Below are positions 1 through 14,196 of a stretch of DNA of 64,000 nucleotides, one piece after another (within the stretch, counting starts at the first letter, position 1; the number at the start of each line of letters is the position of its first letter). Both the position numbers and the translations under genes were made by a program. The notes beneath the pieces are model-generated. The model was not told where the DNA came from. It worked only from the letters and a program-made list of their open reading frames with translations, and did no database searches. This stretch comes from Mizuhopecten yessoensis (lineage: Eukaryota), in the NCBI RefSeq assembly GCF_002113885.1, contig NW_018407978.1, positions 216,693 to 280,692 of the forward strand, read 5' to 3'.

Positions 1-993
1 ACAATGCCTCTAAAGAATCCTCTAAAGAAACCAGCCGTACAGCTTCAAAATGTATACGATTGGTTTTGCACTAAATGTATGCGCCAATAAAAAGAATACA
101 CAATTTGAACGCCAGCAGAGTGAACCCAAGTGTACGTTCAGATAACATTGTCGATGGCATTGTAGCATCATAATTATGTGAGTGAATGGCATGCTAAGCA
201 TAGTTTTGGTCATTAAAAGATGCATTAATGTGAGACACAAATGTACAGAACAAAAGTGCAAATGTAAAATGAAATTATCCAATTCTCATATAAAATATAA
301 ATGTTAACGTACCCGTCATTATTAGTTTCGACTTCGTTTTATTCACATAATATATGTTGTACATAAAACAAAGGTGATTGAATATTAATGAAGGAGAGAC
401 AGAAACAAATCATTTACTTTTCTTTGTAACCAACATTAACAACTATAGCTTAGGGAAAGTCACATGAATCAGGATAATTTACGGGGGAAGTTGGAAAAAG
501 AGTTGGGGGAAATGCATTGTAAAATGTGGTACATGTACAAAATATGATATATTTAGGAATTCGTTTCATTGTGGTCAAAACTAATCCTTCTGTTGCGTCA
601 TCGTTAGTTCACTTTAAGGTTGAACGTTGATCTACAGACCATTTCAAGGTAAGTATATATATATTTTTGTGAGTAAGATTGTAGATCTAAAACATACTCT
701 ATCATAATCATGTGGAAGGTCTTTCCTACGCAGACAGGCGTTATGATAGACTGTTCACATTCCATACGTTATTACCGATCTCAGATCTTCAGAATTACGG
801 TCGCATTAAAAAATAAATAGATGCATGAAAATTGATATTTCTATAGAAAAAAGAGGTATAGAACATTAATTCATAATGCGATATTACACTAAGAAAGGTT
901 CAATAGCGCTATACCACAGAGTTTAGCTTTTTCTTGTCTCTAACATTAACTGCAATTATCGCCTGATTTTGTTCAAGTGGCTTGACTGAAATC

Positions 994-3450
994 TTAGTTC
1001 ATTCTATCCAGTTGAAGAATTCTGCGTGCTCTTAATTGATTAAAAAATGGAATTTCTCTGATATACAGGTGTTTACATTGTTCTTTTGTTACGATAAATG
1101 GTGTATTCCACTTACTTCCTTCAAATAAAATAACGGACTGACCACCGTCCAAGGAAAGTTTACAAAAGTCATCATACTTAGTTCTAGTGCTTCTGAAGTA
1201 AGCTAGTTCTTCATAGAAATCGGGTGGTTGGTGTTTTAGTTTTTCTTTAAGTTTGTCCAGGAAAAAATTGTAAAGGGCGTAATCGAGATGTGCCCATTTT
1301 CTATATAGTCCTTCTTCTTCTGAGCCGATTTCCAATCGCGGATCCTTTTTCTTTTTGGAATTTAGTTTACCGTATAAAACGTATTGCAGATCCCAGTTTA
1401 AGAGTCGTCGCATCAGCACAATGGATTCGTCGAAATATTCTGTGACAATCACCAAGTCGATCTCATTATCCAGTTTCGCTAAAAAGCGCTGAATTTTGTC
1501 ATGGTCTTTTGACCAAAACAAGTCTTGAGGAAACCCAAAATCATACGCCATTTTATTGTACGTGGAAGGAATGTTGTTTCCTCCAAACTTCATGTATTTA
1601 TCATTGTGCAACAGATATTCCTGCACGGGTTTGTCTCCTGGTATGTTTAACACAAATCGTTGACGATAATACTGCAAATTAGATTGGAACTGATGGAACG
1701 GCTCCCTCACGATTCCTATATATTTAGTATCGTTCGGTAGTATTCGACCAAATGCTTCCCTGTCAAATCTAACGTGAGAACACAATATATCATAAGGTCT
1801 GCTTGGGGGCGGTGGAAGAATACTGCCAGGCCTCACGGTATTTGCCGTGCTAATGGTGGAACCAGCTCTTGGCAAAGCAAATACGAGGTCATTTTCATAT
1901 CCATAGCGTAGGAATATATTCTGAACCGTGGTACTAGCAGCCTTATGAGCCTTTATGAATGCTATGTGATGGACCGGTTTGCCATTTGAGTCCTTGATTG
2001 GGTCGACATTCGGTTCAGGAATAGGTTGGACTTGCTCTTCCAAATCATAGAGCGTCTGTTTTGAGAGGTTGTTCTGTAGTAAGGAATGTTGTTCCGGAAT
2101 TTTGTAAACTTGTTGATATTGAAGTGGTAATGGTTCACCATAAAAATCAGAGTTTAATGTTGACACGAATTTCCGAACAGGGGTATGTATTAAAGTTACG
2201 ACAGTATCAAAGTATCTTCCGATACTGACTAAAATCATCGTCGCCAAGCAACTAAGTCCAAACATCATCCTGTAAAAACAACAAGGCACCTATACTGTTA
2301 TATTTCCAACTAGTGATTGTCTCACTTTGGAGGTCTGGTACAAATAATATGCAATACATCTAAAACACGTATAAGCTTCCATTCTACACACAATCTCTTT
2401 GCAAATGATATACTTCAAATATAGCAGCGGGAACGTTAGGTACAGGTCGGATCGTATTTTTTATTTTCAAATTTTAGATACTATTTTTTAAGTTTTAGAT
2501 ATTTAATGATAGATTATGGGCCTTTGAGGTACGGTTTCATAAGCTATAATTATCACAGTATTAACAAATGCTTTTGAACACCATACAAGCACAGTCTATT
2601 TCAAAAGAAATGAATGCTAACTGTAAACACAAGCAAAGCGACATTACAGAAGAGACAATACATCTCTACGCATATTCATAATCAACGTATGACGTAGTTA
2701 GTGCAATATTTCACCCGGACTGACCTTAAATCATGGACTCTTGGTCAACATCGCACCATGCAATATTTCACCCGGACTGAGCTTTAATCACGGACTCTTG
2801 GTCAACATCGCACCGTAGATATTAATGTTATCATATATTTACTCTGTAAAGTAACTTGTACAGACTACAGACAATGTTAATTAATGATAATCGCTACTTA
2901 CCACAAAAGTTTCTTATTTTGCATAGTTGTTTCAAACTTACACTCCAGCGAATAGTGGCAACCTTAACTCACGTGTCACGTGACGGAATCAATGTACCAC
3001 GTGTTCCAATTGATATTCTGTTACCGGTAAATTGGCTGTACGTCGAACCAGCTGTTTCTATAAACTGCATATTATAGGCGATTAATATAGATGATATATT
3101 CGACAAAGTGTATATCTAAAATAAGCCGATTACGACACTAAGAATATGATCTGCATACCAATACTAGATTCTTGATTTTTTTATTGGACAGATATTATGA
3201 AATAATGTACAAATATACGTCCCTAGATACCTGTTTGGTTTCTGAAAATGATTAATGGCGCCTTAAGTATTCTCATAAATTCAACAGTGTTCTGTATAAA
3301 AACATTTTTTGTGATATCATTATATAAAATACAACCTTTACCGGAGGGATATCATATCGACTTATGTGATAAGTAAATTTTTGAATAGGTACTTATTTAC
3401 CAGATGTTGACTCTGCTTGTGAACTTTGACCTCAAAGTAGTCCATGACAT
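994..3450 (-). CDS. Galactose-3-O-sulfotransferase family (GAL3ST/cerebroside sulfotransferase-like), type II Golgi membrane protein, ~441 aa; coding exons 3450-3401 and 2269-994
   Basis: Contains the 5'-PAPS-binding motif FIKAHKAASTTVQNIFLRYG, the 3'-PB motif GIVREPFHQFQS, and DLVIVTEYFDESIVLMRRLLNW, all typical of Gal-3-O-sulfotransferases. Exon 1 (ATG at 3450, MSWTTLRSKFTSRVNI-TG|gtaaat) joins in phase to tttttacag|G at 2269, giving W followed by the TM segment MMFGLSCLATMILVSIG. Confidence 0.9.
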
Positions 3451-4639
3451 TGAAGCATAAAGGGCGGGTGTTTTAATGTCCTTTGGCCGTTAGTTTTCGA
3501 ATTATCTCTTTATTAATAGATAAACGTATGTGTTATTGTATTAAGGTCGCAAGACCGAAACTGGAAGCATGATCCACACTCTGTTTCTCGGGCGCCAAAG
3601 GGATTGTTTAATCAGACATATCAGGGATTTGCTTAATAAAAGAAAATGCGTAATTAAAAACAAAAACTTAAAGTTTTAAGACACAAAAGATGTCTTAAAA
3701 TTTACAATTTCACCTATGGATTATTAACATGATGAGATACGACGGGTAGATCTAATAGCTCGTTTCTATATAAAATCAATGATAATCATCAATAATTTAT
3801 TTTTATTTTTAGTGAATCTGACAACAAATTATAAAAGAATGTGATGCATTAAATGCATACAGACTGCACACATTTTGTTTTATTATCTTGATTATTTATT
3901 CGAAAATGAGGTTAAAGCTTCCTAGTTGAGCAGAAAGGAGTGGGTTCAAATTATGATATTTATTTTAAGATTATTACATTTAACTGTGATAAAGATGTCA
4001 ACTAAAACTGTGGTATACACATTGTAGATAAAAAGTAGGTTTTACAACGAAAACTTGACCGCACAACAATATTCTAAAACTTTAAATGTTCAAACATTTT
4101 AGAGTTGAGTTGAGGACGTCACTTGTTACATATTGGTTTGCTGGAGAAATTTAACATTTCATAATTGATTTCAAGCGCGATAGGTAGTTCTCACCATTCA
4201 TTTTCTAATCAAATGTGATTTTGACTGAAAAAAATATTTTCTCAATTTTCATTCAGTATTACATGGTGAACAGTGTTTAAATTCATGGATAAACTATGAA
4301 ATGTCTCCAAAATCTGATGACACGCCAGGGATACCATATTTCTACATGTATACAAGAAAGAATATCGTTTTGTCCACAATGATAAACCAACACCTGCAAC
4401 CATGCTAAAGCGAGGATTATGACGTCTGAGCTCACCTAGTGTATACAGATGCGATTAACGATTCGGATTAATTTTTATATAGTTTATTCACTTACTTGAC
4501 TGTATTTATTCAGTTTTCCATTTTTGTGAATATGTTTGTGAAAAATGCATTGTCGTTAATACGCTTTTTGTCAAGGATAGCTATATAAACGGCGAATAAA
4601 TGTTATGGACGGGAGCTTCGTTTATCTCAAAAACATCTT

Positions 4640-5200
4640 GTCATCACCTTGTGTTATCACCAGTGTCCACTGTAGACTTATATATACACTATAATATCAC
4701 CTTGTGTTATTTCCAGTGACCACTGTGGACTTATATATACACTAACCATACTATCACCTTATGTTATCACCAGTGACCACTGTGGACTTATATATACACT
4801 TACCATACTATCACCTTGTGTTATCACCAGTGTCCACTGTGAACTTATATATACTCTATACTAGCACCTTGTGTTATCATCAGTGTCCACTGTGCTATCA
4901 CCTTGTGTTATCACCAGTGACCACTGTAGACTTATATATACACTATACTATCACCTTGTGTTATCACCAGTGTCCACTGTGGACTTATATATACACTATA
5001 TTATCACCTTGTGTTATCACTAGTGACCACTGTAAACTTATATATACTCTATACTATCACCTTGTGTTATCATCAGTGTCCACTGTGGACTTATATATAC
5101 ACTATATTATCACCTTGTGTTATCACTAGTGACCACTGTAAACTTATATATACACTATACTATCACCTTGTGTTATCATCAGTGTCCACTGTGCTATCAC
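4640..5200. repeat. 53-bp minisatellite, ~10 copies
   Basis: Unit TATCACCTTGTGTTATCACCAGTG(A/T)CCACTGTGGACTTATATATACACTATAC, period 53 (e.g. 4949 to 5002). Confidence 0.92.
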
Positions 5201-6191
5201 ATTGAATAGTCTCAGTAATAAAAAACAGACTACATAAGCATCCTGGTGAAATCACAACTATTCGCGCTGTACAACCTTCCTGAAGTTTTAATCAGTGTTT
5301 CATTGTATGTTTTTATAGTTTAAGCGATGACCCGTATAATAATTTACCAACAACTTCAAATTGTGCGAATGAACTTCCAAAATGCACCATATGTCTTGAT
5401 AGGCGGTTTGGAAATGAAGCTTAATGATTTAAATATGAGTATTATCTGACTCAGCGGATTATTTCAGTATCAATATTTTTGACACGTTTTCCTATATTTG
5501 AGTAAGGTTTATATGAATTTATTACAATGAATGTGTTAAGGAAAACCTATAGCGTCCGCAGCGTATCACATGTGTTACTTGGGTTAACAATAAAACAAGG
5601 ATAATATTATTTTATCCAAGTTATGTATCGATCCACTTGTTCGATTTATTATAGTAACGATTGGAAAATAGAAAAAAATCGGATTACGTGTGCTGTATGT
5701 ACTTATTATTTGAAAACTGAACATATAAATCGAAGCAAAAGATACTAGCTATCGACAGAACAACGTATTTTGATTAGCAAAATAGTGTAATAGTAAACCT
5801 CTGAATACTTTCAAACAATAACCAACGAGACGATTAAGCTTTCACCGTAGCTCCTCATTACTGCAATGCCGAACTCCGCTGAGCATCAAATTTACAATTC
5901 ACAATATTGATTCGTTATTCACACTTGCTGATTCATTGTATTAGTTGATAACCTGACCCACTTACAGATATGTAATGTGTAAACCCCACCAAATAGGGTA
6001 TCCATCAACTCGACAAAACAAAAAATACATTACATACACTCGGTGAACCCATAGGACAATCAGCCAATATTCATTATGTTGCTTATATAATATATAAAAT
6101 TTGAACACACATGAATACAATGTAGGTTATCTGCAGGGTGTGTTTATTTTCAGATCAATTAATATATGTCCTTATAGAGAAACGACATCAA

Positions 6192-9100
6192 AATAATACA
6201 CTCCTAGATAATACATTGATACATATGACAATACACTCCTAGATAATACACCGATACATATGACTATACACTCCTAAATAATACATCGATACACAATACA
6301 CTCCTAAATAATACATCGATACATATGACAATACACTCCTAGATAATGCATCGATACACAATACACTCCAAGATAATAAACCGATACACATAACAATACA
6401 CTCCTATATAATACATCGATACATATGACAATACACTCCTATATAATACATCGATACATATGACGATACACTCCTAGATAATACACCGATACATATGAAA
6501 CATATGACAATACACTCCTAGATAATACACCGATACACAACAGGCTCCTAGATAATACAACGATACATATGACAATACACTCCTATATAATACAGCGATA
6601 CATATGACAATACACTCCTAAATAATACACCGATACATATGACAATACACTCCTAAATAATACACCGATACATATGACAATACACTCCTAGATAATACAT
6701 CGATACATATGACAATACCCTCCTAGATAATACACCGATACATATGACAATACCCTCCTAGATAATACACCGATACACAACACGCTCCTAGATAATACAT
6801 CGATACATATGACAATATGACAATACACTCCTAGATAATACACCGATACACAACATGCTCCTAGATAATACAACGATACATATGACAATACACTTCCATA
6901 TGACAATACACTCCTAGATAATACACCGATACACAACAGGCTCCTAGATAATACAACGATACATATGACAATACACCCCTAGAAAATACATCGATACATA
7001 TGACAATACACACCTAGATAATACACCGATACATATAACAATACACTTCTAGATAATACACCGATACATATGACAATACTCTTCTATATAATACACCGAT
7101 ACATATGACAATACACTCCTAGATAATACATCGATACATATGACAATACCCTCCTAGATAATACCCCGATACATATGACAATACCCTCCTAGATAATACA
7201 CCGATACACAACACGCTCCTAGATAATACATCGATACATATGACAATACCCTCCTAGATAATACACCGATACATATGACAATACCCTCCTATATAATACA
7301 TCGATACATATGACAATACACTCCAAGATAACACATCGATACACAACACGCTCCTAGATAATACATCGATACATATGACAATATGACAATACACTCCTAG
7401 ATAATACACCGATGCATATAACAATACACTTCTAGATAATACACCGATACATATGACAATACACTCCTAGATAATACCCCGATACATATGACAATACCCT
7501 CCTAGATAATACCCCGATACACAACACGCTCCTAGATAATACAACGGTACATATGACAATACACTCCTAGAAAATACACCGATACATGTAACAATACACT
7601 CCAAGATAAGGCACAGATACATATGACAAACCGCTCCTGTGTTATACGCTGATGCATAAGACAATACACTTCTATATTATACATCGATACATACAATACA
7701 CTCCTAGATAATACACCGATACATATGAAACATATGACAATACACTCCTAGATAATACACCGATACACAACATGCTCCTAGATAATACAACGATACATAT
7801 GACAATACACTCCTAGAAAATACACCGATACATATAACAATACACTCCAAGATAAGGCACAGATACATATGACAAAACACTCCTGTGTTATACGCTGATG
7901 CATAAGACAATACACTTCTATATTATACATCGATACACACAATACACTCCTAGATAATACACCGATACATATGACAATACACTCCTAGTAAAAACACCGA
8001 TACATATGACAATACATTCCTAGATAATACATCGATACACAACACACTCCTAGATGATACATTGATACATATGACAATACACTCCTAAATAATACATCTA
8101 CACTCCTAAATAATACACCGATACATATGACAATACACTCCTAAATAATACACCGATACACACAATACACTACTAGATGATAAACCAATACATATGACAA
8201 TACACTCCTATATAATTTATCGACACATTATCAATACACTCCTAGATAATACACCGATACATATGAAAACACACTCCCAGATAGTACACCGATACAAACA
8301 ATACACTCCTAGATAATGCACCGATACATATGACAATACACTCCTAGATTATACACCGATACATATGACAATACACTTCTAGATAATACACCGATACACA
8401 CAATACACTCCTAGATAATACATCGATACATATGACAATACATTCCTAGATAATACATCGATACACATCACGCTCCTAGATAATACATCGATACAAAAGA
8501 CAATACACTCCTAGATAAGGCACCGATATATATGACAATACACTCCTGTGTTATACGCTGATGCATAAGACAATACACTTCTATATAATACATCGATACA
8601 CAAAATAAACTCCTAGATAATACACCGATACATATGACAATACACTCCTAGATAATACACCGATACATATGACAATACACTCCTAGATAATACACCGATA
8701 AATATGACAATTCACTTCTAGATAATACACCGATACACACAATACACTCCTAGATAATACACCGATACCTATAACAATACACTCCTAGATAAGGCACCGA
8801 TACATATGACTATACACTCATATATAATACACCGATACATATGACAATTCACTTCTAGATAATACACCGATACACACAATACACTCCTAGATAATAAACC
8901 GATACATATGACTATACACTCCTAGTTTAAAAACACAATACATATGACAATACACTCCAGGATAATACACCGATACATATGACTAAACACTCCTAAATAA
9001 TACATCGATACACAATACACTCCTAGATAATACATCTATACAAAACACGCTCCTAGATAATACAACGATACATATGACAATACACTTCTATATAATACAT

Positions 9101-12100
9101 CGATACATATGACAATACACTCCTAAATAATACATCGATACATATGACAATACACTCCTAGATAATACACCGATACATATGACAATACACTTCTATATAA
9201 TACACCGATACATATGACAATACACTCCTAGATAATACACCGATACATATGACAATACACTCCTAGATAATACATCGATACATATGACAATACACTTCTA
9301 TATAATACACCGATACATATGACAATACACTCCTAGATAATAAACCGATACATATGACAATACACTCCTAGATAATACATCGATACATGTGACAATACAC
9401 TCCTAGATAATACACCGATACACAACACGCTCCTAGATAATCCATCGATACATATGACAATACACTTCTATATAATACACTGATACACAACACGCTCCTA
9501 GATAATACATCGATACATAGGACAATACACTCCTAGATAATACACCGATACACAATACAGTCCAAGATAATACATCGATACACATAACAATACACTCCTA
9601 AATAATACATTGATACATATGACAATACACTCCTAGATAATACACCGATACACAATACACTCCAAGATAATACATCGATACACATAACAATACACTCCTA
9701 AATAATACATCGATACATATGACAATACACTCCAAGATAATACATCGATACATATGACAATACACTCTAAGATAATACATCGATACATATGACAATACAC
9801 TCCTAGATCATACATCGATACATATGACAATACACTCCTAGATCATACATCGATACATATGACAATACACTCCTAGATAATACATCGATACATATGACAA
9901 TACCCTCCTAGATAATACACCGATACACAACACGCTCCTAGATAATACTTCGATACATATGACAATACACCCCAAGATAATACATCGATACACATAACAA
10001 TACACTCCTAAATAATACATCGATACATATTACAATACACTCCAAGATAATACATCGATACACATAACAATACACTCCTAAATAATACATCGATACATAT
10101 TACAATACACTCCAAGATAATACATCGATACACAACACGCTCCTAGATAATACATCGATACATATGACAATACCCTCCAAGATAATACATCGATACACAA
10201 TACACTCCTAGATAATACACCGATACACAACAATACATATGACAATACACTCCTAGATAATACACCGATAAATATGACACTTCACTTCTAGATAATACAC
10301 CGATACACACAATACACTCCTAGATAATACACCGATACACAACAATACATATGACAATACACTCCTAGATAATACACCGATACACAACACGCTCCTAGAT
10401 AATCCATCGATACGTATGACAATACCCTCCAAGATAATACATCGATACACAATACACTCCTAGATAATACACCGATACACAACAATACATATGACAATAC
10501 ACTCCTAGATAATACACCGATAAATATGACAATACACTTCTAGATAATACACCGATACACAACACGCTCCTAGATAATACACCGATACATATGACAATAC
10601 ACTTCTATATAATACACTGATACACAACACGCTCCTAGATAATACATCGATACATATGTCAATACACTCCAAGATAATACATCGATACATATGGCAATAC
10701 ACTTCTATATAATACACCGATACATATGACAATACACCCCTAAATAATACATCGATACATATGACAATACATACACCGATACATATGACAATACACTCCT
10801 AAATAATACATCTATACATATGACAATACACTCCAAGATAATACATAGATACATATGACAATACACTCCTAGATAATACATCGATACACAATACACTCCT
10901 AGATAATACACCGATACACAACACGCTCCTATATAATACATCGATACATATGACAATACACTCCAAGATAATACATCGATACACAACACGCTCCTAGATA
11001 ATACATCGATACATAAATACACTCCTAGATAATACATCGATACATACGACAATACACTCCTAGATACTACATCGATACACAATACACTCCTAGATAATCC
11101 ACCGATACACAACACGCTCCTATATAATCCATCGATACATATGACAATACACTCCTAATTAATACACACTCCTAGATTATACACCGAATACATATGACAA
11201 TACACTCCTAGATAATCCATCGATACACAATACACTCCAAGATAATACATCGATACACAATACACTCCTAGATAATCCACCGATACATATGACAATACAC
11301 TCCTAAATAATACACCGATACATATGACAATACCCTCCTAGATAATACATCGATACATATGAAAATACACTCCTAGATAATACATCGATACAGATGACAA
11401 TACACTCCTAGATAATACATCCATACATATGACAATACACTCCTAGATAAGACACCGATACATATGACAATACACTCCTATATGATATATCGACACATTA
11501 TCGATACACTCCTAGATAATACACCGATACATATGAAAATACACTCCTAGATAATACACCGATACATATCACAATACACTCCTAGACAAGGCACCGATAC
11601 ATATGACAATACACTCCTATATGATATATCGACACATTATCGATACACTCCTAGATAATACACCGATACACAATACACTCCAAGATAATACATCGATACA
11701 CAATACACTCCTAGATAATCCACCGATACATATGACAATACACTCCTATATGATATATCGACACATTATCGATACACTCCTAGATAATACACCGATACAC
11801 AATACACTCCAAGATAATACATCGATACACAATACACTCCTAAATAATACATCGATACACAATACACTCCTAGATAATAAACCGATACACAACACGCTCC
11901 TATATAATACATCGATACATATGACAATACGCTCCTAGATAATACATCGATACATAAATACACTCCTAGATAATACATCGATACAGATGACAATACACTC
12001 CTAGATAATACATCCATACATATGACAATACACTCCTAGATAAGACACCGATACATATGACAATACACTCCTATATGATATATCGACACATTATCGATAC

Positions 12101-13278
12101 ACTCCTAGATAATACACCGATACATAGATAATACATCGATACATATGACAATACTCTCCTAGATAATACATCGATACACAATACACTCCTAGATAATCCA
12201 CCGATACATATGACAATACACTCCAAGATAATACCCCGATACACAACACGCTCCTATATAATCCATCGATACATATGACAATACACTCCTAATTAATACA
12301 CACCCGATACACAACACGCTCCTATATAATACACCGATACATATGACAATACACTTCTATATAATACCCCGATACACAACACGCTCCTATATAATACTAT
12401 GACAATACACTCCTAAATAATACATCGATACACAATACACTCCTAGATAATAAACCGATACATATGACTATACACTCCTAAATAATACATCGATACATAT
12501 GACAATACACTCCTAGATAATACACCGATACCTATAACAATACACTTCTAGATAATACACCGATACACAACACGCTCCTAGATAATACATCGATACATAT
12601 GACAATACACTTCTAGATAATACACCGATACACAATACACTCCTAGATAATACACCGATACATATAACAATACACTCCTAGATAAGGCACCGATACATAT
12701 GACAATACACTCCTGTGTTATATGCTGATACATAAGACAATACACCTCTATATTATACATCGATACACACAATACACTCCTAGATGATACACCGATACAT
12801 ATGACTATACACTCCTAAATAATACATCGATACATGTGACAATACACTCCTAGATAAGGCACCGATACATATGACAATACACTCCTATATGATATATCGA
12901 CACATTATCGATACACTCCTAGATAATACACCGATACATATGAAAACACACTCCCAGATAGTACACCGATACAAACAATACACTCCTAGATAATGCACCG
13001 ATACATATGACAATACACTCCTAATTAATACACACTCCTAGATTATACACCGATACATATGACAATACACTTCTAGATAATACACCGATACACATAATAC
13101 ACTCCTAGATAATACACCGATACATATGACAACACACTCCTAGATAATACATCGATACACATAACAATACACTCCTAGATAATACACCGATACATATGAC
13201 AATACACTCCAAGATAATACATCGATACACATAACAATACACTCCTAGATAATACATCGATACACAACACGCTCCTAG
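6192..13278. repeat. 7.1-kb satellite of interspersed 35-bp and 30-bp monomers (~200 units)
   Basis: 35-mer AATACACTCCTAGATAATACACCGATACATATGAC and 30-mer AA(T/C)AC(A/G)CTCCTAGATAATACA(C/T)CGATACAC; the plus strand is G-poor. Confidence 0.97.
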
Positions 13279-13333
13279 AAGAACCCCTGGCGTGGACAAC
13301 AGCCTGGCAACGACGTCGCATGGAAGAGATAAG
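13276..13333 (-). mobile_element. Tc1/mariner transposase C-terminal fragment
   Basis: Minus strand reads LISSMRRRCQAVVHARGSS, matching the Tc1-family C-terminal consensus L..SM.RRC.AV..A.G..T.Y. Confidence 0.65.
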
Positions 13334-14196
13334 TATGTATATGTATGTATTTACATATGTCCTTCCTATTTTCCATTAACTCTATAGAAAGTCAGCCGGT
13401 TGTTCCTGGACAATAACTGCAGTCTACATTATCTGGTCACATGACCACGGTTTCCGCGACGTCAGTGTTAGCAACCTATCCCACCGTTACAGCGACGTCA
13501 TCAATTTGTACACTAGCCGCTATCTTGTTGTTGTCGTTTGGTTCATACAAGTCGCATTTTGATGAGAATAGGAAGGTTAGCTTTTTCTTTTGTATTAGAA
13601 TGCTCTGCACATATAATTGGAGCATGTAACTGCATTTTTAACAGTTGTCGTCTGGTTACATTTTTAATGGCGACCGCTTGAAAGTTTTCAGTCCAATAAT
13701 GGCCGTCTGCGGCTGTTCCAAGAATTGGACCAGTGAGGTTTTGCGGCAGCAGGAAATATAAATTAAGCTTATCAGACTAATTAATAAAAAGACGTCATTC
13801 TATGTATCTGTAACCCAGATTGCATTCATATTCGCTGTAACTGCATTCTGACAGACGTTCAATCCTTAAATAGACCTCATTGGGATCCTCCGCCACTCTT
13901 CCTCTAAGGCCAGGGGTGATGGTAAATAGTTCTTTGTTGGCTCATTATCAAAGTTTTAAACATGCAACAGTTTATCTTTTTTAATTTCTCGGCATTTTTG
14001 TACGCACGACCAATATGAACCTTGATCTTACTGCCTTTCTTTCTACAAATGTGATAGTATCAACTAGGAAACATAGGACAAGGCAAACATGTAATAACTC
14101 ACTGTTAATGACGTCACTATGCATAATTGCAAGAACGCCACGCTGAGAACAGTATCATGACGTCATAAGCGAATAGTCCTTGGAGACTGGACTCGG

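Noticed and set aside
4761-5205. 122-aa and 64-aa ORFs
   Set aside because: They are translations of the 53-bp minisatellite.
6192-13278. CRISPR-like appearance of short regular repeats (also 40228-44081 and 47690-48052)
   Set aside because: There are no unique spacers (the units are contiguous tandem copies), no cas genes, and the context is eukaryotic with introns.
6688-13299. Many Cys/Tyr/Val-rich ORFs (MYRCII.., VSMYYLGVYC..) and the His/Asn-rich plus-strand ORF
   Set aside because: They are translations of the 35/30-bp satellite. The period breaks frame, stops are frequent, and there is no splice or gene structure.
13279-13332. Possible plus-strand micro-exon (ctcctag|AAGAAC...GATAA|gtatgt) at the satellite end
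   Set aside because: It has no polypyrimidine tract and no partner coding exon, and the minus-strand Tc1 motif explains the sequence better. A UTR exon cannot be excluded.
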